A DNA stretch of 64,000 nt from a bacterium (lineage in GTDB: Bacteria; Electryoneota; Electryoneia; Electryoneales; Electryoneaceae). The notes under the pieces were generated by a model. It was not told the DNA's origin. It saw only the letters and a program-made list of their open reading frames with translations, and did no database searches. Of the stretch, positions 54,331-64,000 are shown piece after piece. The first letter of the stretch is position 1, and the number at the start of each line of letters is the position of its first letter. The position numbers and the translations under genes are program-made. The DNA is taken from contig CAXXKJ010000002.1 in assembly GCA_963675295.2 (NCBI GenBank), forward strand, positions 2,880,001 to 2,944,000, in the 5' to 3' direction.

Positions 54331-54807
54331 TCAAAGCGGCTGGTCAGCATCAGCTGGATACTTGTTGTTCAAGCTGTCGAGGTACTCTTGAAGAAACAGC
54401 GTCGCGGCAACGCGGTCAACCCGTCCCTTGTCCTTCGAGGGCTTGCGTCCGATGGAAATCAGGGTTTGCTCGGCGGAGAAGCTGGACAGGCGTTCGTCGA
54501 CGCACTCCACCAGCACACCGAGTTGTTCGCCGACTTCGGTGGCAAACTCCCGTGCTTTCTGCGCACTCTTGCCCTCGCTACCGTCCATGTTGACCGGCAG
54601 TCCGACGACAATCAGGGAGATTTCCTCACGAGTCACGATCTTGCGGAGTCGGTTCAGCAGTTCCGCGAGCGGCTTTGCGGGAAACGTGTCGAATGGACTG
54701 GCCAGAGACCGTCCGGGATCCGAAATCGCGGCTCCAACACGGACCGTACCCCAGTCCAGGGCGAGGATTCTGCCAGTGTCGCTAGTCTTGTTCGGCGAGC
54801 TCGTCAA
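54331..54807 (-). CDS. yqgF: YqgF/RuvX pre-16S rRNA nuclease
   Basis: LALDWGTVRVGAAISD, VGLP, DERLSS, VD.VAA..FLQ. Confidence 0.95.
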   Translation of the reverse strand: MTSSPNKTSDTGRILALDWGTVRVGAAISDPGRSLASPFDTFPAKPLAELLNRLRKIVTREEISLIVVGLPVNMDGSEGKSAQKAREFATEVGEQLGVLVECVDERLSSFSAEQTLISIGRKPSKDKGRVDRVAATLFLQEYLDSLNNKYPADADQPL

Positions 54808-55105
54808 GTGGCACTTTCAACGCGTTTCGCAACAGTTTGCCCGGTTTGAAATGGACCTTGCGTCGTGCAGGAACCTGGATGATCTCGTTCGTCTTCGGGT
54901 TGCGAGCGTGCGGTTTCGACTTCGTCTGCCGGACCTCGAACACACCAAAGTCCCGAATCTCGATCCGCAGCTCATTGTCATCCGACGACAGGATCGTCCT
55001 CAACGCCTGGAACATCTCATTGACGACTGCTGCAGTCACCTCGGGACGCTCCCCCGTCCTTTCGGTGACGACTTCTACGACGTCTTTTTTAATGAACGTC
55101 CGCAT
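54782..55105 (-). CDS. HU/IHF family DNA-binding protein
   Basis: IEIRDFGVFEV, ARNPKT, VHFKPGK; start 55105 inferred. Confidence 0.92.
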   Translation of the reverse strand: MRTFIKKDVVEVVTERTGERPEVTAAVVNEMFQALRTILSSDDNELRIEIRDFGVFEVRQTKSKPHARNPKTNEIIQVPARRKVHFKPGKLLRNALKVPLDELAEQD

Positions 55106-55172
55106 ACATCCCCCCCATTCCGGATGTAACGCTTCAGTCTGCCCGATCTTATGTCTAATCATTATACGGACT

Positions 55173-57404
55173 TCAGACCACGTCAGCAACGCTCACACGT
55201 TCAACTTGCACGACTCCCTTGATCTTCCCGATTCGGCTTCTCAGCTTCGACAGATGCGACAGGGACCGCACCATCAGTACCAGATTCCCGATACCGATGG
55301 TCCCTTCGGTGCGCAAATTGACTTCCAGCGCGGAGACGGATTGCTTGCTGAGCACCTCGGCGATGTCACGCAGCAGATGTGCGCGATCCTCGGTTACGAT
55401 CCGCAGCCGCACCGGGAATGTGTCGGTCGGACCGGCATCCCAGTCGACCTCGGTTATTCGGTCTTTGTCCTTGCTCAGTTCGCTCATGTTCGGGCAGTCG
55501 GTGCGGTGGACGACAATCCCGCGATTCTTCGAGATGTAGCCAAGAATCGGGTCGCCGGGCAACGGGTTGCAGCAGCGCCCGAATGTCGTCACCAGATTAT
55601 CGCCACCCTTGATGCGTACGCCGGACGATGAAGACGACCCGACGCGCAACTTCTGCTTTTTGATGGCATCTTGAGCCGGTTGATCCTTGCCGTTGAGGTT
55701 AACGTACTTGTCGACAACGGCTCTGGCTTGCAGATCTCCGACACCGATCGCAGCCCACATGCTTTCGATGTCATTGTGGCCGAGTCTGTTCGCCAGCTCG
55801 AGTAGATCCTTGGTTGATGGTTTTTTCCTGGCGCGCTGAACTTCACGCTTGAACATGTCCTCGCCGAGCTGGACAGAATCCTCGAAATGCGCGCGTTTGT
55901 AGAACCGTTTGATCTTGGAACGGGCACGGTGCGTCTTGACGAACCGCAACCATTCCACGTTCGGTTTGGCCGTGTTGCTGGTGAGAATTTCAACATTGTC
56001 ACCGTTGTGCAGCTCTTCGCTGAGCGGCACCATGCGGCCATTGATTTTCGCGCCGAGGGTCGTCAACCCGACATCGGTGTGCACGGCGAACGCGAAGTCC
56101 ACCGGTGTCGATCCACGGGGGAGTTGGATCAGCTTGCCTCGGGGGGTAAAGACAAACACTTCATCTGTGAAGAGGTTGATTTTCAGCGTCCGCATGAATT
56201 CTTCGCTGGAATCTTCCTCTTTGGAACCCTCAATCAACTGCCGAAGCCAGTTGTAATATTCCATCAGGGCGGGATCTTCCTTCGCCGCCTTATGGTCGCC
56301 CTTCTCCTTGTATTGCCAGTGCGCGGCGATGCCGGCTTCAGCGACAAGGTCCATCTCATTCGAACGGATCTGAACTTCGACCACGTGCCCTTCCCGGTCC
56401 AGCACCTTGGTATGCAGCGACTGGTACATGTTCGCCTTGGGCGTGGCGATGTAGTCGCCGAACCGTTCCAGGATCGGAGTGTACATCCCGTGCACGATAC
56501 CGAGCGCCCGGTAGCAGGACGTGACATCATCCACAATAATACGCACGGCGAGCAGGTCGAGGATTTCCTCGAATGATTTCCCGCGCCGCTGAATCTTGTT
56601 GTAAATGCTGTAGAAGTGCTTCGCGCGGCCAAAGACCTTGGCGCTCATGCCTTCCTGCTGCAAACGTCGCAGCAGCGGATCGATGAACTTCTGCACATAT
56701 TCTTCGCGCTCTTCCCGCTTCATCGCGACACGTTCCGCGATCCGGCGGTACGCAATCGGGTCGAGCACCTTCAACGACAAGTCTTCCAGTTCCCACTTGA
56801 CTTTACCGACACCGAAGCGATGCGCCAGCGGAGCGTATATCTCGACGGTTTCGCGCGCGATCCGCTGCCTCGTTTTCGGCGGCAGGAAGTCGATTGTCCG
56901 CATGTTGTGCAGCCTATCGGCCAGCTTGATCAGGATGACGCGCAGGTCCTGCGCCATCGACAGCAGCATCTTGCGGAAGTATTCGGCCTGGCGCTCTTCG
57001 TTGCTGCGGTGATCGTAGCTCAGGGCGGACAGCTTCGTCATCCCCTCAACCAGCACACCGACCACCGGACCGAACTCACGCGCGACATCTTCAACCGTGA
57101 CACCGGTATCCTCAACCACATCGTGCAATAGCGCACCAATCAACGTTGTCGCGTCCACGTTGAGCGTCGACAGGATCGCCATCACGCCGAGTGGATGCGT
57201 GATGTACGGTTCGCCGGAGATCCGCGTCTGGCCGGAATGGGCTTCAGCGGCAAACTCGAACGCGCGCTCGATTTTCTCACGGTGCGGCGAATCCGGTTGC
57301 AGATTCGTCTTCGTCTCCATGATCATCGAGAACCGCTCGCGGGCCTCATCCAGCGTGCTGATCTTGCCCTGCATGCTTTCGATATGTTGGAGTTCCTGCG
57401 CCAT
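55173..57404 (-). CDS. spoT: long RelA/SpoT (p)ppGpp synthetase/hydrolase
   Basis: HD motif LLHDVVEDT, DRLHNMRT, YQSLHT, TGS and ACT regions. Confidence 0.95.
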   Translation of the reverse strand: MAQELQHIESMQGKISTLDEARERFSMIMETKTNLQPDSPHREKIERAFEFAAEAHSGQTRISGEPYITHPLGVMAILSTLNVDATTLIGALLHDVVEDTGVTVEDVAREFGPVVGVLVEGMTKLSALSYDHRSNEERQAEYFRKMLLSMAQDLRVILIKLADRLHNMRTIDFLPPKTRQRIARETVEIYAPLAHRFGVGKVKWELEDLSLKVLDPIAYRRIAERVAMKREEREEYVQKFIDPLLRRLQQEGMSAKVFGRAKHFYSIYNKIQRRGKSFEEILDLLAVRIIVDDVTSCYRALGIVHGMYTPILERFGDYIATPKANMYQSLHTKVLDREGHVVEVQIRSNEMDLVAEAGIAAHWQYKEKGDHKAAKEDPALMEYYNWLRQLIEGSKEEDSSEEFMRTLKINLFTDEVFVFTPRGKLIQLPRGSTPVDFAFAVHTDVGLTTLGAKINGRMVPLSEELHNGDNVEILTSNTAKPNVEWLRFVKTHRARSKIKRFYKRAHFEDSVQLGEDMFKREVQRARKKPSTKDLLELANRLGHNDIESMWAAIGVGDLQARAVVDKYVNLNGKDQPAQDAIKKQKLRVGSSSSSGVRIKGGDNLVTTFGRCCNPLPGDPILGYISKNRGIVVHRTDCPNMSELSKDKDRITEVDWDAGPTDTFPVRLRIVTEDRAHLLRDIAEVLSKQSVSALEVNLRTEGTIGIGNLVLMVRSLSHLSKLRSRIGKIKGVVQVERVSVADVV

Positions 57405-57406
57405 AC

Positions 57407-58855
57407 CTAAAACGGAGTCTCCTGATCGCCGGTGGATTCTGGAATATCGGCTTCGCTGAAGATACCCTCCTTGTCCTGGAATGCAGCAAATTCGCTCAGG
57501 AAAGTCAGTTCCGCGACGCCGGTCGGACCGTTACGCTGCTTGCCGATGATAACCTCGGCAGTATTGTCCAGCTCCTCATCGGACTTCTTTTCGAGTTTGT
57601 CGTAATACGCCTGCCGGTAGACGAACATCACCACGTCGGCGTCCTGCTCGATTGCGCCGGAGTCGCGCAAGTCCGAGAGGATCGGTCGCTTGCTGCCGCC
57701 ACGGGTTTCGACGGCACGGCTGAGCTGCGAGAGCGCAATCACCGGAACGTCCATCTCCTTCGCCAGTCCCTTGAGTTGACGCGAGACCATCGCGATGAAC
57801 TGCTGCTGGCTTTCGACGCGGTTCGGCGGCTGCATCAGCTGCAGGTAGTCGAACACGATCATCTCGCAGCCGTACGTCATCTTCAGCCGTTTCGCCCGTG
57901 CACGCACATCGGTAATCGTCTGATAAGCGGTATCGTCCACGTAGATCGGCAGCTCACTCAGCTTGGCGACCGCGTTCGCGATGCGGCGCCATTCTTCCTT
58001 GCTTGCCGACGCCTGCCGCACCTTGTACAACGGCACCTTGCTGTACGTCGAGATGAGACGCATCGCGATCTGCTTGGCGCTCATTTCCAACGAAACCACG
58101 CCCACCGGCTTCTTTGAATGCACGGCGGCGTTCAACGCAAAGCTCAACGCCAGCGCGGTTTTCCCCATCGAGGGGCGTGCGGCGAGAATGACGAGGTCAG
58201 ACGGCTGGAATCCACCGGTCAGCTTGTCCAGCGCCTTGAAACCGGAGGTGATTCCAGTCAGCTGACCGCCACGCTCGGAAATCTTGTTGAGTTCTTCCAG
58301 CGTTTCATGACCGATATCTTTCATCGGCCGGTAGGCGTGCCGGTCGCGATACTTCTGCAGGTCGAAGAATGAGGTGATCGCTTCTTCCAGGACGAATTGA
58401 GGATCGGCGTCCGGGTTATACACCTTCTCCGCCGTCTCATTGCTGACGGTGAAGATGGTGCGCAGGATGTACTTCTCTTGCACGACTTTCGCGTAGAACT
58501 CAACGTTGCTTGGAAACGGTGTCGCGTCCTGTAGTTCGTCCAGGTACAAGTCGCCGCCAACATTTTCGAGCTCGTTCTTCGCTTTCAGCGACTGGGTCAC
58601 GGTGACCAGATCGATGGGCTCGTTCTGGTTGAACAGATCCTGCATCACGATGAAAATGATGCGGTGCTTCGGCCAGTAGAACGAATCCTCGTGCACGAAG
58701 TCGACGATCTTCGAAAACGCGGTCGTGTCCACCAGCACCGCACCGAGCACGGACTGTTCCGCCTCATAACTCTGAGGCTGTACCTTGGTCGGCGAGGAAT
58801 CCGGCTTTCCGTTTGTCGATTCCCGCTGGGCGGACTTATCAACGCGTTCGTTCAT
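57407..58855 (-). CDS. dnaB: replicative DNA helicase
   Basis: AARPSMGKT, DYLQLM, LSQLSR, DLRDSGAIEQDAD, KQRNGP; no intein. Confidence 0.98.
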   Translation of the reverse strand: MNERVDKSAQRESTNGKPDSSPTKVQPQSYEAEQSVLGAVLVDTTAFSKIVDFVHEDSFYWPKHRIIFIVMQDLFNQNEPIDLVTVTQSLKAKNELENVGGDLYLDELQDATPFPSNVEFYAKVVQEKYILRTIFTVSNETAEKVYNPDADPQFVLEEAITSFFDLQKYRDRHAYRPMKDIGHETLEELNKISERGGQLTGITSGFKALDKLTGGFQPSDLVILAARPSMGKTALALSFALNAAVHSKKPVGVVSLEMSAKQIAMRLISTYSKVPLYKVRQASASKEEWRRIANAVAKLSELPIYVDDTAYQTITDVRARAKRLKMTYGCEMIVFDYLQLMQPPNRVESQQQFIAMVSRQLKGLAKEMDVPVIALSQLSRAVETRGGSKRPILSDLRDSGAIEQDADVVMFVYRQAYYDKLEKKSDEELDNTAEVIIGKQRNGPTGVAELTFLSEFAAFQDKEGIFSEADIPESTGDQETPF

Positions 58856-58863
58856 GCAAAAAC

Positions 58864-59772
58864 TCAGTTCTCGCGTGCTTCATCGAGCATACGCTTCATC
58901 TTTTGTACGTCCTCCCACGTCGGACGTTTCCAATTCGGGTTGCGCAACAGAGCAGCCGGATGGTACGTCACAATCAGCGGGATCCCATGATAGACAAGGT
59001 CCTGCTCACGCAGTTTGGTCAGGGATTCGTTGGTGCGGAGCAGGGTCTGTGCGGCGATCCGTCCCAGCGCGACAATCAACTTCGGTCGCAGCAACTGGAG
59101 TTGTTTCAACAGGTGCGGTTCACATTCGTGGACTTCCGAGGGCAGCGGGTCACGATTATTCGGCGGCCGGCACTTGAGAATGTTGCAGATGTAGACCCCG
59201 TCACCACGCTTCAAATCCACCGCCGCAAGAATCTGGTCCAGCAACTTGCCCGCGCGTCCAACAAAGGGCATCCCCTGCTTGTCTTCTTCCGCGCCCGGGG
59301 CTTCTCCGACCAGCACCAGGTCGGCGTTCGGATCACCGACTCCGAAAACGAAATGTTGCCGTGTCGCGCCCAGCGGACACTTCTGGCAGCCCTGAATTGC
59401 CTGGTTGAACTCGTCCAATTCGGTGTAATCCGGGAACGGATCGGTAAGTGTGAACACGTCCTCTGCGGCGGAATAGTCCGGGTCCGGCGCACCTCGTTCC
59501 CACTGCGACGAAGCCGTCGCGGCTGCCGGTTGGGTTTGCGGCTGCGGTGCTGGACTGGCGGGCTGCGGTTTCGGAGCCGGTTTGGTGGACGCCGCCGGTT
59601 GGGTTTGCCGTTCTGGCGTTGGTTGTGTTTCCGGTGGTTTGGACTGAGATTCGCTGCTGGAGGTACGTTCCATCCGTGTCACTCCCTCTGCTGGCGCGGC
59701 CCAGAGAGTTGACCCGTTCTCGGCTTGTTGTGCGAGGTAACGCTGGAAATCCCGCTTCAGTCCGTCTTCCAT
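58864..59772 (-). CDS. family-4 uracil-DNA glycosylase with P/Q-rich N-terminal linker
   Basis: [26 protein letters not shown]. Confidence 0.95.
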   Translation of the reverse strand: MEDGLKRDFQRYLAQQAENGSTLWAAPAEGVTRMERTSSSESQSKPPETQPTPERQTQPAASTKPAPKPQPASPAPQPQTQPAAATASSQWERGAPDPDYSAAEDVFTLTDPFPDYTELDEFNQAIQGCQKCPLGATRQHFVFGVGDPNADLVLVGEAPGAEEDKQGMPFVGRAGKLLDQILAAVDLKRGDGVYICNILKCRPPNNRDPLPSEVHECEPHLLKQLQLLRPKLIVALGRIAAQTLLRTNESLTKLREQDLVYHGIPLIVTYHPAALLRNPNWKRPTWEDVQKMKRMLDEAREN

Positions 59773-59885
59773 GGGTGGTAACGCAACAGTTGTGTTTGAA
59801 ATGGGTTAGCTGAGGAATATACGACCCCAGCGATCAGCGTGCGTCACAGGGGATGGATGGAAATGGAAAAAAGATGACGCTCGGC

Positions 59886-61124
59886 TCACCCGCGCTTCAT
59901 TCGCTCAAGAACTTGCTGCCACACACGTTCCGCGAGCTCTCGCTTGCCGCCAGACCCGAGCTCGATGCTCTCGTCAGCCGTAACCCAGGTCAACGCTCCC
60001 TCGTGCGCTCCGATGTTCGTCTCGCGGTTGAACAGGATCGCGTCGAGGGATTTCCTCTTGAGCTTCTCGTGTGCATGATCGAGCGCGTCCGACACTTCAA
60101 GCGCAAACCCGATCGCCAGTCCTTTAACCGACTTCGCCGTATTTGCGGCGATATCCGGATTTTCAACCAGCTCGATGCTGAACGAGTCGCTGTCCTGTTC
60201 CGTGCGCTTGAATTTGCCGTCAAACGTTTGCGCCGGACGCCAGTCCGACACAGCGGCAACGTAAAACGCGACATCCGCCTTTCCGGCGTGCTGCTGCACC
60301 GCGTCCAGCATCTGCAGCGCGGTCGGAGCATGAATCGCGGTCGCGTTGGCCGGCGGCGCGACGTCCATCCCGCCGTGCACGAAGATCACTTCCGCGCCCT
60401 GCCGGAATGCTTCGTCGGCGATGGCGGCGCCCATCCGTCCGCTGGACCGGTTGGTCAGTACCCGCACCTTGTCAATCGGTTCCTCGGTACGGCCGGCGGT
60501 GATCAGCACGGTTTTCCCGGCGAGCGGTTTGTTGCTAAGGAAATGGTCCACAATCCACGCGTCGATCTCGTCCGGCTCACTCATCCGGCCTTCGCCGGAT
60601 TTTTCGCCCGGCGCTGCCATCTCTCCAACGTTCGGACCGATACGGAAGACGCCGCGTTCTTCAAGCGCCAGGATATTGTCCTGTGTCGCGGGATTGGTCC
60701 ACATTGTCGGATTCATCGCCGGAGCGACCAGGATCGGACAGGTCGCGGCGAGCAACGCGGTGGATACCAGATCATCGGCGATGCCATGCCGCATCTTCGC
60801 CAGCATGTTCGCGGTTGCGGGGACGACGACAATCAGTTCCGCCCAATGGGGCAGTTCGAGATGATCGACCTGCGGTTCACCGCTGTTCGACCACATCGAC
60901 GTACTCACCCGCTGGCCGGTAATCGCGGCGAAGGTGGTGGGTTGGACAAAACGGGCCGCGGAGTCGGTCATCATCACCCGAACAGACGCGCCCCGTTTCA
61001 ACAGACGGCGGACCAGGTCAACGGTCTTGTAGGCGGCGATGCCGCCGGTGACCGCGACTAAAATGCGCCGAGACTGGAGATCCCGGCGCATGATGGATTC
61101 GTTGTCGGAATCTTGACTAGTCAT
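59886..61124 (-). CDS. coaBC: bifunctional CoaBC
   Basis: TGGIAAYK, PATAN, PAMN, TAGRT.E.ID.VR, NRSSGRMG, GFALE. Confidence 0.97.
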   Translation of the reverse strand: MTSQDSDNESIMRRDLQSRRILVAVTGGIAAYKTVDLVRRLLKRGASVRVMMTDSAARFVQPTTFAAITGQRVSTSMWSNSGEPQVDHLELPHWAELIVVVPATANMLAKMRHGIADDLVSTALLAATCPILVAPAMNPTMWTNPATQDNILALEERGVFRIGPNVGEMAAPGEKSGEGRMSEPDEIDAWIVDHFLSNKPLAGKTVLITAGRTEEPIDKVRVLTNRSSGRMGAAIADEAFRQGAEVIFVHGGMDVAPPANATAIHAPTALQMLDAVQQHAGKADVAFYVAAVSDWRPAQTFDGKFKRTEQDSDSFSIELVENPDIAANTAKSVKGLAIGFALEVSDALDHAHEKLKRKSLDAILFNRETNIGAHEGALTWVTADESIELGSGGKRELAERVWQQVLERMKRG

Positions 61125-61557
61125 CGAGATTCAGTTTGGATGGGAACGAAATCGGACTGTCGCCCGCACCCTTCTCCTCGTCATCATCAGCGGCGGACAG
61201 ATCGAGCTTGCCGGGCATTTCCATCCCGGTCTCAACCATTTCCACCACTTCGACCGGCTTCTGCGATTCCGGGTACTTGACTTCGAGCTTGTCGGAAATC
61301 ATCTCACGCAGCGCCAATACACTCGGCTTTTCGAACTGCAAGACCGGTTCGGAACGCATCATCGCGATGTCATCCAACGGACTCTCTTCTTCTTCCATCG
61401 CATCTTCGAGCATCCCGACCTGGGTCAGGTAAGCGTCCATTTCCTTGCGCTGCGCTTCGGCGAGCTGGCGTGCGCGCCGCGCGACCGCAACAATGGTTTC
61501 GTAAATGCCGCCACCACGGGCGTAAAAGTCTTCAGCAAGGAACATCTCGTGCGACAT
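61117..61557 (-). CDS. rpoZ: RNA polymerase omega subunit with acidic C-terminal tail
   Basis: IYETIVAVARRARQL...KPSVLALRE; gmk-rpoZ-coaBC context. Confidence 0.8.
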   Translation of the reverse strand: MSHEMFLAEDFYARGGGIYETIVAVARRARQLAEAQRKEMDAYLTQVGMLEDAMEEEESPLDDIAMMRSEPVLQFEKPSVLALREMISDKLEVKYPESQKPVEVVEMVETGMEMPGKLDLSAADDDEEKGAGDSPISFPSKLNLDD

Positions 61558-61602
61558 GCAACAACCTCCACTGGGGCGTTCTACACTCTGGATCGGGAAA
61601 GC

Positions 61603-62184
61603 TTACTGTTGCTTGCGGGCTTCGTTCACCGCGGTCACGGTTTCGCTGACGGCCTGCTTCAGGTCGTCATTCACGATAATCCGGTCGAACTGATCCGCCT
61701 TCTCACGTTCCATATCGTACCGTGTCAAGCGGCGTTCGATCTCATCCAGATCCTCGCGTCCACGCGCGAGCAATCGTTCGCGAAGCACTTCCCGGCCAAG
61801 CACGTCAATATAAAGGAGGAAAGCGTCCGGAAAAAGGCGTTTCAGCGACAGAGCTCCGAGCACATCGAGATCGAAGATGACATCGGTGCCGGCCTCCAGC
61901 AGCGGCCGGACACGGGATGCGCGTGTGCCATAGAGTTGGCCGTGCACATTCTCGTACTCGATAAAATCGCCCTCATCGATCGCCTGCTGGAACTGGTCGT
62001 GCGTCAGGAAATCGTAATCGACTCCGTCCACTTCGCCCTTGCGCTGCGAGCGAGTTGTCGATGACACGGAGAATACCAGCCCCTCAACCTGCTTCATCAT
62101 CTCGTGAATGATGGTCGTCTTCCCCGCCCCGGATGGTGCGGAGAACACAATCGGCCGTCCCCGCCGGGACCCGTCATGCGACAT
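61603..62184 (-). CDS. gmk: guanylate kinase
   Basis: SAPSGAGKTT, SVSSTTR, GEVDGVDY, YGT; start 62184 inferred. Confidence 0.96.
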   Translation of the reverse strand: MSHDGSRRGRPIVFSAPSGAGKTTIIHEMMKQVEGLVFSVSSTTRSQRKGEVDGVDYDFLTHDQFQQAIDEGDFIEYENVHGQLYGTRASRVRPLLEAGTDVIFDLDVLGALSLKRLFPDAFLLYIDVLGREVLRERLLARGREDLDEIERRLTRYDMEREKADQFDRIIVNDDLKQAVSETVTAVNEARKQQ

Positions 62185-63052
62185 TCTGTACCTGCTCCCG
62201 CAGCTTTTCCAGTTCTTCCTTGGCTTCCACGACATGCGTCGAGATCTCGGCGTCGAGGACTTTCGAGCCGGTAGTGTTCACCTCGCGGTTCATCTCCTGC
62301 AGGATGAAGTTCAGCCGCTTGCCAACCAGGCCGCCTTTCTTCAACGCCTGGCGGAACAGATCTACATGACTGGCGAGACGAACCAGTTCCTCGGTGATGT
62401 CGATCCGATCCACGAGGTACGCCACTTCCTGCTCGAGCCGGCCATCATCCACCTTGTCGGAGTCGATGAAGCGCTCGATGCGTTCGCGGACACGCTCCAA
62501 AGCAAGGTCGCGGTTTTCGACGGCACGGGTCTTGATCAACTCGGCCAGTTCTTCCATCCGGGTGAGCCGTTGCTGGAAATCCTTTTCCAGATTTGCCCCT
62601 TCCGCCTCGGCCATTTCTTCGAAATGGGTGATGGCTTCCTCAACACCGCGCAGCACCAGCTTCTGCCGCTTCTCGGCGATTTCTTCGCTTTCGCTGCCGG
62701 AGAGCATGTTGAGGTTGAACGCGATATCGCGGGTGGTGACATCATGCGCGATGTTGGTACGCTTGGCGATTTCACGCAGCGATTCGACGAGCGCCTCGGC
62801 AGCGCCCATGTCGATTTCGAGACGCGACCGCTGCACATCTTCCCGCGGTTCTTCGACGAACACGTTCACCTTGCCACGTTCGATGCGGTTCTTCACCGCC
62901 GCGCGGATTTCGGAATCCAGCGTCAGCAGGGTGCGCGGCATGCGGGTGGAAATATCGAGAAAGCGATTGTTGACACTGCGAACTTCGACGCTGTAGCGAA
63001 GTCCGTCATCGTCGACTTCGGCACGTCCAAAGGCGGTGAGGCTGCGAATCAT
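62174..63052 (-). CDS. yicC: YicC/YloC family endoribonuclease
   Basis: MIRSLTAFG, RSVNNRFLD, DITEELVRL, GKRLNFILQEMNREVNT; start 63052 inferred. Confidence 0.95.
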   Translation of the reverse strand: MIRSLTAFGRAEVDDDGLRYSVEVRSVNNRFLDISTRMPRTLLTLDSEIRAAVKNRIERGKVNVFVEEPREDVQRSRLEIDMGAAEALVESLREIAKRTNIAHDVTTRDIAFNLNMLSGSESEEIAEKRQKLVLRGVEEAITHFEEMAEAEGANLEKDFQQRLTRMEELAELIKTRAVENRDLALERVRERIERFIDSDKVDDGRLEQEVAYLVDRIDITEELVRLASHVDLFRQALKKGGLVGKRLNFILQEMNREVNTTGSKVLDAEISTHVVEAKEELEKLREQVQNVA

Positions 63053-63305
63053 CGGTAATGCTCCCTGTCCCGTTCTAGAGTGAGAAGAATCAAGTATAGT
63101 TTCGAGGTTGTACGAAAATGGAAAATCCACCTCCGCGAGACGTTGTGAAAGTTCTGTGTTTCGCTTGCTCAACCGTCGCGCAGACACCACTTTACGAGTA
63201 CACGCCTTACACGTTCATCCCGGCGCGAGGGATTTGAACTTCTGACACGACGTATCTTGCGACCTCCGCAGCTTCCCCAGCGTCGGCCACAACGCGGGAG
63301 ACGTC

Positions 63306-64000
63306 ATGTCCACCTCTGACGCAACCGGTTCCACCCTCAACACACGCAACCGTCTGGCACGTGAAGCCAGCGCTTACCTCCGGCAACATGCGAAAAACCC
63401 GGTGGACTGGTATCCATGGGGCGAGGAGGCGATCCGCCGGGCCCGGCGTGAAGATAAGCCAATCTTCGTCTCCATCGGCTATGCATCCTGTCACTGGTGC
63501 CATGTGATGGAGCGCGAAGTGTTCGACAATGAAGAAATCGCCGCCTACCTCAACGAACATTTCATCTGCATCAAGATCGACCGCGAGGAACGACCCGATC
63601 TTGACCGGATTTACATGGAGGCGGTGCAGTTGATGACCCGTGGCGGCGGGTGGCCGTTGAGTGTGTGGTTGACGCCGGAACTGCAACCGTTTTTCGGTGG
63701 CACCTACTACCCACCGGATTCGTTTTACAACCTGCTGCAACGCTTGCATTTCGCCTGGGACGAGAACCGCGACCAGATCGACGAAACCGCGGAGCAGTTG
63801 CAAGCCTACATTTCGCGCAATCCAATGAGCGCCAATCCTGAATCGTTCACGATGTACAACGTGAAGGAGATCGGTGAAACCGCGCTGAAGATGATGGACA
63901 ACTTGTACGGCGGATTTCAGGGTGGGATGAAATTTCCGGTACCGCTGCGTTGGCAGTTCCTGCTTCATCTTTATCGTGCCACGGGAGATAAACGGTACTC
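63306..64000 (+). CDS. DUF255/YyaL thioredoxin-domain protein, runs off the right window edge
   Basis: Not in ORF track; hand translation [47 protein letters not shown]. Confidence 0.93.
   Translation, partial: MSTSDATGSTLNTRNRLAREASAYLRQHAKNPVDWYPWGEEAIRRARREDKPIFVSIGYASCHWCHVMEREVFDNEEIAAYLNEHFICIKIDREERPDLDRIYMEAVQLMTRGGGWPLSVWLTPELQPFFGGTYYPPDSFYNLLQRLHFAWDENRDQIDETAEQLQAYISRNPMSANPESFTMYNVKEIGETALKMMDNLYGGFQGGMKFPVPLRWQFLLHLYRATGDKRY

Noticed and set aside
63207-63968. 253-aa minus-strand ORF
   Set aside because: Antisense to the DUF255 gene, which has clear motifs
1-64000. tRNA, rRNA, integrase or transposase genes
   Set aside because: None recognisable by eye; a covariance-model scan was not possible

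Overview
GC-rich (roughly 60%) bacterial chromosome segment with nearly all genes on the minus strand. 50976-63052 is a housekeeping block: yicC, gmk, rpoZ, coaBC, udg, dnaB, rel/spoT, HU/IHF, yqgF, lnt, a hypothetical gene, bamD, nadD. This gene order suggests an FCB-superphylum organism (inference). A divergent DUF255/YyaL gene runs off the right edge. 7830-50528 is a ~43 kb flagellar cluster (flgBC, fliEFGHIJ, fliK, flgD, flgE, flbD, motAB, fliLM, fliY/N, fliO, fapA, fliPQ, a two-component pair, fliR, flhBAFG, fliA, flgFGAHIJ, flgNKL). It runs directly into a putative flagellar glycosylation locus (1-7822). No flagellin, fliD, fliS, flgM, rpoN or enhancer-binding-protein gene is visible. 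Top observation: a ~43% GC four-helix-bundle (23S-IVS/Avd-like) gene sits between fliI and fliJ, bracketed by inverted arrays of 7-bp repeats. Related 7-bp arrays without a gene fill five other spacers of the cluster, one forming a hairpin with a G.G mismatch every 7 bp. This looks like a cassette plus empty-site element family. Also notable: sigma54 promoters with identically spaced tandem palindromes at flgB and flgD, a similar module hidden inside a glycosyltransferase gene, a structured flgE leader, a degenerate HD-GYP regulator splitting fliQ from fliR, and Maf-N/CgeB and pseudo-GT2/TPR proteins. All calls come from motif recognition by eye; no searches were run.
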